The notes below the pieces were generated by a model. The model had not been told where the DNA came from, ran no database searches, and saw only the letters and a list, made by a program, of their open reading frames with translations. Position numbers and translations under genes: made by a program. 64,000 nucleotides of DNA from an uncultured bacterium. Lineage in GTDB: Bacteria > Cyanobacteriota > Cyanobacteriia > CAZCXK01. Below are positions 10,195 to 19,338 of this stretch, in pieces. Position 1 is the first letter of the stretch. Every line of letters begins with the position of its first letter. The DNA is taken from the NCBI GenBank assembly GCA_964502605.1, contig CAZCXK010000002.1:6649-70648 (forward strand), in the 5' to 3' direction.

Positions 10195-12387
10195 GTGGGT
10201 CGGCAGACAAGGTGCAAGGCAGAGATTATGGTCAGTAAAAATCTGAAATCATCTTCGCAGCAGTCGGTGCAAGAGCCATCAACTCGACGGAGCATCCAAC
10301 TGCCGGGTGAGTCAATGTCTCTCAACCGTCCCCATTTGCAACCAAATCCAGGATTGAGTTCTGAGTCTGATCGTATTACTGAGCCATCATTGCAGTTACC
10401 GCCGCAGCAATTGCCCCCGGCTTCAGCTAAACGTCGGTCTGTTAGCCGTTCGATGCAACCGATGACTACGTCGGCACATTCGCCAACAACTCGTTCTCAA
10501 CTTGCTAAGGTGAGGGCATCTGCAATGCAGGCAGATGTGATAGCGAAGCCGCTCCATCGGTCGCTGCCGCCCCGTCAAACCCAATCTTCTTGGAACTGGT
10601 CTATTATCTGGATTGCGGCGATTGGATTTTCTACCACTATGGGGGCGATCGCCTTTCAATTGCTGACTCAGTTGCCGCCTGCTCCCGACTGTGAACAAAT
10701 TTCACTGCTGACGTCAGACTCAGAAAAGTTATATTGCGCGCAGCAGGTTGCTGATGGCGAAGATGTTGATGCCTTGGTGCGAGGGATGAGCCTCATTAGC
10801 AAATGGTCGCCCGATCATCCGCTTTATGATGAGGCACAGAGCATGATGGGGAAATGGTCAACCTCCCTATTGGCGATCGCCCGTACCAAGACCAACCAGT
10901 CGAGCTTAGATGCCGCCATTACGATCGTCAGCTATATTCCGCAATCCAGCCCTGTTTATCAAGAAGCTCAATCTGAAGTTGCCCAGTGGCAAGCCCGCTG
11001 GCAGACAGGAGAAGCGATCTATCAGCGGGCGATCGCTGCCATTCAAGTGCAAGACTGGGATCTGGCCAGTAAGCAGATTACGGAGCTTGACCGCCTTGAT
11101 TTTGACTATTGGCGTCAAAATCGCGCCCATGAGTTGACCTCAAAGATCTTAACTGAGAAACAGGCATGGCAAGACTTAAAACAAGCTGAAACTCTGGTTG
11201 GCGATCGCCAACCCAAGCAGTTGACTCAGGCCATCGATACTATCCGCCAAATCAATCCTCAGACTGAAGCCTGGAAAACAGCTGAACCTCTGCTTTATGA
11301 TTGGAGCCATCAGCTGACTGCAGCTAGCCTAGCTCAGTTAAGTCAAGGCAATACAGAGGCTGCACTATCACTGGCTCAACATCTGCCGCCTGATCCTCAG
11401 ATGGCTCCCGGTGGCTTTGATATCGTGCAATTGAGCCATGCTCAAACTTTGGCAGCCAGCAGTGAACTGCAATGGGAACCTACCCTGCAAATTCTTTGGC
11501 AGATGTTTCAAGCTGTCAATATTGCTGAGCAGATTGAACCCAGCAGCCAGTTTCATGCCCAGGCTCAAACTCACTCACAGGACTGGGCGGCTCAACTCAG
11601 CGATCTGGTTGGTCTCCAGTTTGCTACATGGACTGCGAGTCTAGGCCATGAATTTGCCCTTCGATTGGCGATCGATCAGGCTGAGCAAGTCAGTCCCGAT
11701 CGCCCGCGTCGGTTGCAAGCTCAGACTTTAGCGGCTCACTGGGGGCAAGAAATTCAGCGCATCGAAGATCGGCCTCTCCTGACCTATGCTCGGCGATTGG
11801 CCGAACCGGGAACGCGTGACGACTTGCAATCAGCTATCCAATCTGCGAGTCAGATTGCTGCCAATCGGGCCCTCAGACCTGAAGCCGAAGCCGCGATCGC
11901 CCTCTGGACGCAGCAACTTCAAACCTTAGAAGATCAGCCAATTCTTGACAAGGCGTTGCAGCTAGCTGATCAAGGTCAGTTGGCCGACGCCATCAAAGAA
12001 GCCGAAAAAATTGCTGCCAACCGGGCCCTTTATGAGGACGCCCGCACCAACATTCAGATGTGGCAAGGCCAGATTGACCTCGCTCGCGATCGCACACTGC
12101 TAGACAATGCCACCGCGCTAGCCTCTCAGAACCAGCTCACAAATGCCATTAACTTAGCGAGCCAGATTCGTCCGGAGCAGGCGCTTTACCGAGAAGCTCA
12201 GCAGCTGATCAGTCAATGGCAAGCTAGCCGAGCCGAAATTTGGGAATCGTGGCAAACTCAAGACGCTGCTCGTCCAGAGTCACCGCCGCCATCTAGCCCG
12301 CCCAACGAATCGAGCGCCCCGTCTCCGACAAACACTTATGACGGGTATTACGATTCTCGCTATTACGATGAGTATTACGGGTACTAG
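10195..12387 (+). CDS. large hypothetical protein with a Ser/Pro/Gln-rich N-terminus, one TM helix, helical repeats and a Tyr-rich tail
   Basis: TM helix IIWIAAIGFSTTMGAIAFQLL. At least 6 copies of an approximately 30-aa motif (AI..A..I....ALY.EA...I..WQ). Pro/Ser-rich segment, then NTYDGYYDSRYYDEYYGY at the C-terminus. The start is ambiguous (GTG 10195 or ATG 10228). Confidence 0.7.
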   Translation: MGRQTRCKAEIMVSKNLKSSSQQSVQEPSTRRSIQLPGESMSLNRPHLQPNPGLSSESDRITEPSLQLPPQQLPPASAKRRSVSRSMQPMTTSAHSPTTRSQLAKVRASAMQADVIAKPLHRSLPPRQTQSSWNWSIIWIAAIGFSTTMGAIAFQLLTQLPPAPDCEQISLLTSDSEKLYCAQQVADGEDVDALVRGMSLISKWSPDHPLYDEAQSMMGKWSTSLLAIARTKTNQSSLDAAITIVSYIPQSSPVYQEAQSEVAQWQARWQTGEAIYQRAIAAIQVQDWDLASKQITELDRLDFDYWRQNRAHELTSKILTEKQAWQDLKQAETLVGDRQPKQLTQAIDTIRQINPQTEAWKTAEPLLYDWSHQLTAASLAQLSQGNTEAALSLAQHLPPDPQMAPGGFDIVQLSHAQTLAASSELQWEPTLQILWQMFQAVNIAEQIEPSSQFHAQAQTHSQDWAAQLSDLVGLQFATWTASLGHEFALRLAIDQAEQVSPDRPRRLQAQTLAAHWGQEIQRIEDRPLLTYARRLAEPGTRDDLQSAIQSASQIAANRALRPEAEAAIALWTQQLQTLEDQPILDKALQLADQGQLADAIKEAEKIAANRALYEDARTNIQMWQGQIDLARDRTLLDNATALASQNQLTNAINLASQIRPEQALYREAQQLISQWQASRAEIWESWQTQDAARPESPPPSSPPNESSAPSPTNTYDGYYDSRYYDEYYGY

Positions 12388-12401
12388 TCTCTACGAGGTG
12401 A

Positions 12402-14399
12402 ATGAGCCCACTGCTGTTGCAATTGTGTTGCACGGATCACATGGCCAAATCCAATTGGCGGAAGCCGTTTTTGAACGTGAAGTCAAACCGCTTGAATCCG
12501 TTTCTGATAGTTTGTGCAGTAGTGATCATGGGGCTAGGGGTTGCGTACTACCAGCGGACAACCCGCCAACCCCCAGAGCTTCAGCCGACTAACTACGAAC
12601 GGTATCTACGTGAACCTTTTAATCAACCGACTTATTATCCAGTTTCGCAGCCTATTGCATCCAGTCGATATCGTCCCATTGCAGCCTGGACAGGTCGCCT
12701 CATTCTGCCACCGCGTGAGCAAATTCAAGACCGCGAACAGGTTTGGCTAGAAGTACACCACGCCCCCGAGCCATATCAATCCTTGATTGGGCAATGGGTC
12801 AATTTGACTTGGAGTGAGGATGCGAACGTTCAAGCCTATGTAGAGTCTGTGACGCAGTCTGTGCGATTTAACGATGTCGCTGAGACGAGCTTGCTGTCGG
12901 GTAATCTTCATCCCAGCCGTCTCAATGAGGTTCGTCGCGTGGGGCCTCTTCAATCTCTGGCCGGGGCTCGTTCGGCTAATGATGTCCATGTGACCTTGCG
13001 CGGCTCTGTCACCGTAGTGGAGAATGACGCCTCAATGGGCGATCGCCCTACACTTGCAATTCACACCGACCCTGTCCAAATCACCGGACGATTTTATGGT
13101 CTAGTTACAATTCTGGAGCCTGTGACCGCGTCGTCTGATCAGCCGTCACCGGATCAAGACCAGTTCAGAGTTAGGCACTATAACTCCGTTTCGCAGCAAT
13201 TTGACGGGGCAATTGAGATGATTCGCATTCCGCAAGTGCCGCCCAGCCGTCAAGGTGTAACCATGTCAACACCTCAAGATATTCACAGGTCTCCACTAAA
13301 TGATGACGGCTGGTATGTCTATGGTGCAGCCAATCATCAGGGCGTGTTTGTGGCGCAGGCCATTGAGCCGCGACGGCTATTGCGGCTGCAGCCTGACGAC
13401 ATAATTTTGAATCAATCTGACGGTCTGACCTATATTCAACAGCAAAACTGGCAGCATGTCGCGGAGCGCACAGGGACTGCGGCTTCTGTTTTAGTTGATC
13501 CCCAATTGACTCGCCCTGCAGATGCCCTGGATTCCTGGCAAGCGGGCGATCGCGCCATTGTCATGCATCTTTTTGGCGGTATTGGCGGGGCACAGGCCGA
13601 ACCTAAAACGCTTGGGGTTGTGACCGGGCATTTTTCCTACGGGGTTGCAGAGGTGATTCGCGACTCAATCACGGGTGAGTTGCGATTTCAGATTGACTAC
13701 TACCAGGTCTATGCTCACAATCCTGAGGGCATCGTGGCGGGCGTGGTCTCATGGGCCGACTATATGGGCAACTTGCAACGCGGCTGGTTAGGGACTCGCC
13801 CCGTTTCAGATGTGGTGATCAAGCTCGATGCTGTCACTCAAGACTACGATTTTGATGGCATCCGACTGTCGCCGCTATCAGAATTTGAGCACCAGCTTAG
13901 AATCATGACAGCCCGATATCGAGTGGGAGATGGGACAGGAGCTGCCGTTGTGACTCCGGCCACCTCCTGCGTACAGGATTCAAACCAGGCACTCTACCGC
14001 ACAATCAAGTCTATCGAATTTCAGATTATGTCAAATCCTCAAATCCAAGACTGGCTCAATCGTCATCCAGATGACCCACAAACAATCAGGTTTCGCCAGC
14101 TTACAGCTCTTGCTCAAGCGTTAGAGCAGCAGCTGGCTCCTTTGGGGATCGTGCGCCGAGACTGGCGGCAAAACTCAGCGTTTTTAGAAGGCACTCGTTC
14201 TGATCAGGGCTGGGTCAAAGACAGCAATATCTTGACGGCCTTAACCAGTTGGAGAACTCTACTACCGCGCCGCGCCCATGATGAAATGAGTCAAATCTTG
14301 CTCAACGCCGGGGGATCGCTATGGTTTCTACGCACGAATCAAGTGGGAGGCGTCAATCCTGATATTACGCCAATCGCACCCACTACTTTTTTGAACTAG
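12402..14399 (+). CDS. large hypothetical membrane-anchored protein (665 aa)
   Basis: ATG lies 14 bp after the stop of the preceding gene, with GAGG 4 nt upstream. N-terminal TM helix FLIVCAVVIMGLGVAYY and a long uninterrupted ORF. No family recognised. Confidence 0.7.
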   Translation: MSPLLLQLCCTDHMAKSNWRKPFLNVKSNRLNPFLIVCAVVIMGLGVAYYQRTTRQPPELQPTNYERYLREPFNQPTYYPVSQPIASSRYRPIAAWTGRLILPPREQIQDREQVWLEVHHAPEPYQSLIGQWVNLTWSEDANVQAYVESVTQSVRFNDVAETSLLSGNLHPSRLNEVRRVGPLQSLAGARSANDVHVTLRGSVTVVENDASMGDRPTLAIHTDPVQITGRFYGLVTILEPVTASSDQPSPDQDQFRVRHYNSVSQQFDGAIEMIRIPQVPPSRQGVTMSTPQDIHRSPLNDDGWYVYGAANHQGVFVAQAIEPRRLLRLQPDDIILNQSDGLTYIQQQNWQHVAERTGTAASVLVDPQLTRPADALDSWQAGDRAIVMHLFGGIGGAQAEPKTLGVVTGHFSYGVAEVIRDSITGELRFQIDYYQVYAHNPEGIVAGVVSWADYMGNLQRGWLGTRPVSDVVIKLDAVTQDYDFDGIRLSPLSEFEHQLRIMTARYRVGDGTGAAVVTPATSCVQDSNQALYRTIKSIEFQIMSNPQIQDWLNRHPDDPQTIRFRQLTALAQALEQQLAPLGIVRRDWRQNSAFLEGTRSDQGWVKDSNILTALTSWRTLLPRRAHDEMSQILLNAGGSLWFLRTNQVGGVNPDITPIAPTTFLN

Positions 14400-14426
14400 C
14401 CCGTATAACGAGTGACACCTGAGCCG

Positions 14427-14993
14427 CTAGTCATATTGGGCACGGCAGGTAGACAAGATGCGCTCGTCATTTTCACTGAGGTGGGGAAGATGATGATATC
14501 CATCTAATGCTAGTGGGGCGATCGCCGGGTTATTGGCAGTGGCAACAGTCGAAGGGGAACTCACGGCAATGGAATATGGATGTGTCGTGCGCTCATAACT
14601 ATTGGTAATTGTTAAGGCCATCTGATTGCCTTCAAACCCGCCCTGGAAGCAATCAAATGATGAATAGGGCATGTAGAAAGCACCTAAGATGCGATCGCCC
14701 TCGACTTCAAACACCAAATAAGCTGCCCCAATCTGCTCAGGCTCAGGCGCTTGCCCATAAAGATAGGCTCCATCTTGCAGCAATGGAGACGATTCCGAAG
14801 ACTCTGATCGAGACTCACTCACCGATGCTGCTGGGCTAACCGCAGCCGACGATTCGGCACTCTGTGCAGGAACAGTCGATACGCCTCCAATCACTAGGCC
14901 AAGCGCCAAAAACAATCCGGCAAGAGACCTGCGGCTCAACCGATTGATGATTAAAGATCGTGATGGGCAAAACCTAATTGACGGATTTAACAC
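14427..14993 (-). CDS. hypothetical secreted protein (188 aa)
   Basis: Signal peptide LAGLFLALGLVIGGVSTVPAQSA and a Ser-rich linker. No family recognised. Confidence 0.55.
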   Translation of the reverse strand: MLNPSIRFCPSRSLIINRLSRRSLAGLFLALGLVIGGVSTVPAQSAESSAAVSPAASVSESRSESSESSPLLQDGAYLYGQAPEPEQIGAAYLVFEVEGDRILGAFYMPYSSFDCFQGGFEGNQMALTITNSYERTTHPYSIAVSSPSTVATANNPAIAPLALDGYHHLPHLSENDERILSTCRAQYD

Positions 14994-15720
14994 CCTATCT
15001 CCCTCCTGACTGCAGCTCTAAAACGGTAACAATAAATAAGTACGTATTGACACTGGCGATCGCAAAGCTCCTAAGCAATGGGTCTCGCCTAGTATCGTCA
15101 ACACCTCAAGTAGCCTAGCAGCCCAATCTAGCTGCTGCTAACGTAGCTATTTCACTAAACTTTGCTAATTGAGTGAATGCCTGACAGCTTCTACACTGAC
15201 TCAGCAATGCATTCCTGACTTTCTGCCAATTATCTCGTCGCTTTACAGGAATTTAACGAATCTGCCTGTGAGCCCGAATGATGCAATCCCTGAATTCAGT
15301 TCGCAAATGCGTCTGAATGATCAAGCCGCACATTTGCTAGAGCGTTTGTTCTGAACCCATACTTACTTTATACCGGATTTGAGGGTGACAATTCCACCAA
15401 AAGAAGCATTCAGCTTATTAAAACTTTGGAATTAAAACTTTTTGATAGAATAGAAATTAAAAGGTGAGATAGTTGCAACTAGCCGACAATCGCCCCCATC
15501 GCAATCAAATTTATAATTCTCTACAACCATATAAGGACATAGAGCACCTTTGGGTCTGTTATATATTCTGCTAACGACTCAATCTACGCTTTTAGATCGG
15601 CTTGCGACACCGTGTTGATGATACGTGATGGCGTCTTCTCACAGGACATGATCGCCCGTTTGCAAACATGAGAGGTGCTGTCACCGGAGCCGATCACAAC
15701 ACCCTCATAGCAAATGCATA

Positions 15721-16704
15721 TTAGCTTGCCAAATAGCCTCTAACATTAGCTTTGCGGCGGCGCAGGTGGTCGAGAGCCTTTCGCTCAAGCTGACGAACGC
15801 GTTCTCGACTGATATTCATCCGCTGACCCACTTTTGCCAGTGACAGCTCATTACCGTCTGCCAACCCAAAGCGCAGCGTCAATACTTCTCGCTCTTGAGG
15901 CGTTAGCTCCGAGAGCAGGCCATCCAAATCCTGGCGCAATAGCTCCTGAGTCGCATAGGTTTCGGGCGACGGCCCATCATCTTCTAAGAGATCTTGCAGC
16001 TCAGTGTCTTGGTTATCGCCAACACGCATATCGAGAGATACTGGCTGGCGTGCCATGATCAGATATTCGCGAATTTGAGACGGATCTAGCTCCAGCGCTT
16101 CTGCGATCTCGGCGGGTGTCGCACTGCGCCCCAACGTCTGGGTTAGCTCACGCTGCACTTTCTTAATCTTGTTGAGCTTTTCAGTAATGTGAATCGGCAA
16201 GCGAATCGTTCGAGCCTGTTGAGCGATCGCCCGTGTGATGGCCTGACGAATCCACCAATACGCGTAGGTTGAAAACTTATAGCCCCGCATGGGATCAAAC
16301 TTTTCAACTCCTCGCTCTAAGCCCAGCGTCCCTTCCTGAATCAGGTCAAGAAACTCAAGATTACGCTTTTGGTATTTTTTGGCGATCGCCACGACTAATC
16401 GAAGATTAGCTTCGATCATTTTTTTCTTGGCACGCTGCCCTAGCTGAACTGCGCTATTCAACTCTTTCTCATTCAGCCCGACTTCTTCAGCCCATTCTGC
16501 ATCCGACGGCTCACGATCCATCCGTTCAGATAGCGCCTGCTTCATCTCTAGCAGCTCCATCAAGTGCTGAACCTGCTTCCCGTAAATAATCTCTTGCTCG
16601 TGGGTTAGCAGAGGCACACGACCAATCTCATGCAGATACGTTCTCACCATATCTGCGGTAAATAGGGGTTTAGCTGATTTAGCTTTAAAATCTACTGTTT
16701 GCAT
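15721..16704 (-). CDS. RNA polymerase sigma factor, sigma-70 group 2
   Basis: Region 1.2 [14 protein letters not shown], region 2 [39 protein letters not shown], region 3, and region 4 [21 protein letters not shown]. At 327 aa it is typical of cyanobacterial SigB-E paralogs, and I cannot tell which paralog it is. Confidence 0.9.
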   Translation of the reverse strand: MQTVDFKAKSAKPLFTADMVRTYLHEIGRVPLLTHEQEIIYGKQVQHLMELLEMKQALSERMDREPSDAEWAEEVGLNEKELNSAVQLGQRAKKKMIEANLRLVVAIAKKYQKRNLEFLDLIQEGTLGLERGVEKFDPMRGYKFSTYAYWWIRQAITRAIAQQARTIRLPIHITEKLNKIKKVQRELTQTLGRSATPAEIAEALELDPSQIREYLIMARQPVSLDMRVGDNQDTELQDLLEDDGPSPETYATQELLRQDLDGLLSELTPQEREVLTLRFGLADGNELSLAKVGQRMNISRERVRQLERKALDHLRRRKANVRGYLAS

Positions 16705-17995
16705 AGGAACAAAGTAATCGCGTGGAACACAGCTTGAATACTGACAAGTTGAAGGGCATAAATGCTATTCAACACATTCATTCGTTAAATAGAATAGGGA
16801 ACAACCTCCTGTGCTGGAAGTGGCCACTAATGCACTATTGACGGCTTAGCAGGGGACAGAAACGACTATCTAACATCACACAAACGTTGCGAACATACAG
16901 GTGGAATGCTTAGACTGACCCCATTAACTCAAATTCTTCAACATTGGCCTTGAAAATACGCCTCGCCATGTCTAGCGTCGGATAACAAAACCCTAAACGT
17001 ACCGACTATCGCGATCGCGTCTATGGCGCTGAGCTGTTCTCAAGTTCAACTATGTATCTAACTAGGCGTTTAACCAGGCACTTAAGCTGCCTATTGAAAT
17101 CGAAGTCGTTATGAGTTTATCTTCTTACTAGGGTATTACAAGTTTACGCTCAAGTAAAGAGTAAAAGACTCATCCAGTAGGGTGAATCATCAGGCACACT
17201 GTAAACATTTGTTAGCGCAGTGAAACAATTGCAATGAAATCATAGAGATAGAATTGGCGATCGCCTCCAGTTAAATTGCCTCCAGTTAATCTGATAAAAC
17301 GGTCGATTAAGGCTTTTAGGCAGTCATTCCAGACTCTTAATTTAGCTACAGTTTTATTGTCAGATAGTTTTCTATCTTGTCCTAGGAGATATGCATAGGG
17401 ATAACCGAACCTTCAAAACCAATGGACTCACAACACCTTTACTCAACTCACTAAGAGTTTTCAGGAACAAAGCATTTAACGTCACGAGTACAGCGAAATT
17501 GCGGTAAGGAATCGCCTTATCACTTGATTATCATGGTTAAGTTCAGCAGTAAAGCATTGAGAATATACCCCCTCCAGCTTGAGTCAAAGGTTTTCACAGA
17601 GAGAGCTTCACGTCCAGACATAAATACGGTTTATATAGCGACATAGACATAGTTTTATCTTATTTTCCTGAAAGAATCCTGAAAATTACAGAAGAAAGAA
17701 ATTAGATTCTTTTAGCACTTTGAACATTGATCCCATCAGAATTGATTAACACCAACATTAGGCTATAGCATCACACATTGGCGATAAAGTCTTCGCTCTA
17801 CCTGACAGTTAACCTCAGCGGTTAAGACAGATATATGACACAGTTATATGACACAGTCAACGCCAGCTAAACTCCCGCTTGAGTCACATTTTGAGATATT
17901 ACTTGATGTCAGTCTATAGACCAGACTCTTCTGCGTTCCTAGAAAACTGGCACTCCTCAAATCTGTCAATCCTTAAACTAGACGGAGAGTTGCGG

Positions 17996-18031
17996 AGGTG
18001 TGTGCCGTACAGAATGCAGAAACACACACCT
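17996..18031 (-). terminator. hairpin downstream of the acidic repeat gene (possible terminator, no clear U-tract)
   Basis: AGGTGTGTG (17996-18004) pairs perfectly with CACACACCT (18023-18031). Lies 52 bp beyond the stop at 18083. Confidence 0.35.
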
Positions 18032-18082
18032 GCCGATTTAAAGGTGCCTGATGCACCACTCGTACAGAATCAATATCTCGGG

Positions 18083-19222
18083 TTAGGCGATCGCCTCTGT
18101 CTCAGGCACTTCAACGGGGGGTTCAATATCTTCAACGAGGTCGTCATCAAGTAAGTCATCTAAGGTATCAAGATCTACCATGCCTGCAATATCCCCAAAA
18201 GGAGTTGTCAGGTCGCTTATCAAAATGCCATCTGCTACTGTGAGAGTGCCATTGACGTCGCTAAGCGCGATCGCAAACTCAGACAGATAGGCCGAGACAT
18301 CAAAATCACCGGCCAGTGCTCCAGCAGAGGTTGTGAGGTCACTCGTGAGCATGCCTCCAGCCAAACTAACTGTGCCATTAAGACTTGACAGCAGATCAGT
18401 ACTTGCATCTAGGATTTGCTGGCTCACATCAATAGAACCACCAAAATCGCCAAACACAGTGGGGATCGTAAAGTTGGCAATGCCATCATCCAAGATCAAC
18501 GTGCCTGAAAATGCGGTGAGGGGGATGCTGATTTCATTCCCTAAAACACCGGGGAACAAATCCGCTACCACCACGCCGTTGGCCAAGTCAATCGTTCCGG
18601 GCCTGCTATTGACATCAATCGGAATTTGAACATCATCGTCAAAGTCCAGCGTAAATTCGAGGGGCCCAAAGGGAGTCGTCAAGTCAATCGCCAGCTGACC
18701 GCCGCCAAAGTCTATATTGCCACTGACCTCACCAAATGGAGTCGAAGTGGCGATCGCTACCTGACCATTCTCAAAGGGAACTTCCGCCTCAATGGAATCC
18801 AGCAGGTCTGGTAAAGCATCTGAAACCAGCTCAACGATGTTGACATTGCCACTGAGAAGGTCATCTCCAGTCGTGAGATCACCTACCAAAACTCCATTTT
18901 CAAGCGTGGCGGTGCCTGTTGCTTCGGCCACGATTGCCGCCAAGGTATTCACCTCTTGCGGCAGATCAAGTGTGTCTTGTAGCAGCCCTGCTGGGGTTTC
19001 TAAATTACTCGTTAGCACTCCGCCTTCAATCACAATCGTGCCATCAAGCTCATCCACAGCAGCCAGAAACGCGTCAATCTCCGGAATGACGGCATCCAGC
19101 GAATCAAACAGCATCTCAACTCGAGCAGCAGCGAAAAGGTCTGACCCCGTGGTTCCAGCGTCTACACCAGGGGTTGCAGCCACAGCTGGTATCGTGGATG
19201 AATCAAGTCCATTCATCATCAT
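18083..19222 (-). CDS. extremely acidic tandem-repeat protein of unknown function
   Basis: Eight copies of a motif close to G-T-h-x-h-x-x-G-x-L-x-x-D-L-T-T-P-F-G-x-h-x-G-x-h-D. After the MMM start I count only 2 Arg and no Lys, His, Cys or Trp. The minus strand reads AGGAG ATG CAA CCA ATG ATG ATG, so AGGAG sits 9 nt before the ATG at 19222. The alternative starts are 19231 and 19306. Confidence 0.65.
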   Translation of the reverse strand: MMMNGLDSSTIPAVAATPGVDAGTTGSDLFAAARVEMLFDSLDAVIPEIDAFLAAVDELDGTIVIEGGVLTSNLETPAGLLQDTLDLPQEVNTLAAIVAEATGTATLENGVLVGDLTTGDDLLSGNVNIVELVSDALPDLLDSIEAEVPFENGQVAIATSTPFGEVSGNIDFGGGQLAIDLTTPFGPLEFTLDFDDDVQIPIDVNSRPGTIDLANGVVVADLFPGVLGNEISIPLTAFSGTLILDDGIANFTIPTVFGDFGGSIDVSQQILDASTDLLSSLNGTVSLAGGMLTSDLTTSAGALAGDFDVSAYLSEFAIALSDVNGTLTVADGILISDLTTPFGDIAGMVDLDTLDDLLDDDLVEDIEPPVEVPETEAIA

Positions 19223-19338
19223 TGGTTGCATCTCCTGATTACTGACAACATCTGACGGGCATATCCCGATCAGATTCGACAGTAGCAAGTGACGATTTCT
19301 TGACAAGAATGTGCCATTAGGGCTTCGCCAGTGTCAAT

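Noticed and set aside
15021-15045. NtcA-like GTA-N8-TAC site near 15026
   Set aside because: The spacing between GTA and TAC is 12 nt, not 8, so it does not fit the consensus.
18333-19238. Plus-strand ORFs 18333..18629, 18626..18814 and 18792..19238, antisense to the acidic repeat gene
   Set aside because: They are Ser/Pro/Thr-rich mirror translations of the Asp/Glu/Gly-rich repeat frame. They are fragmented across two frames, whereas the minus-strand frame is one continuous ORF with an SD.
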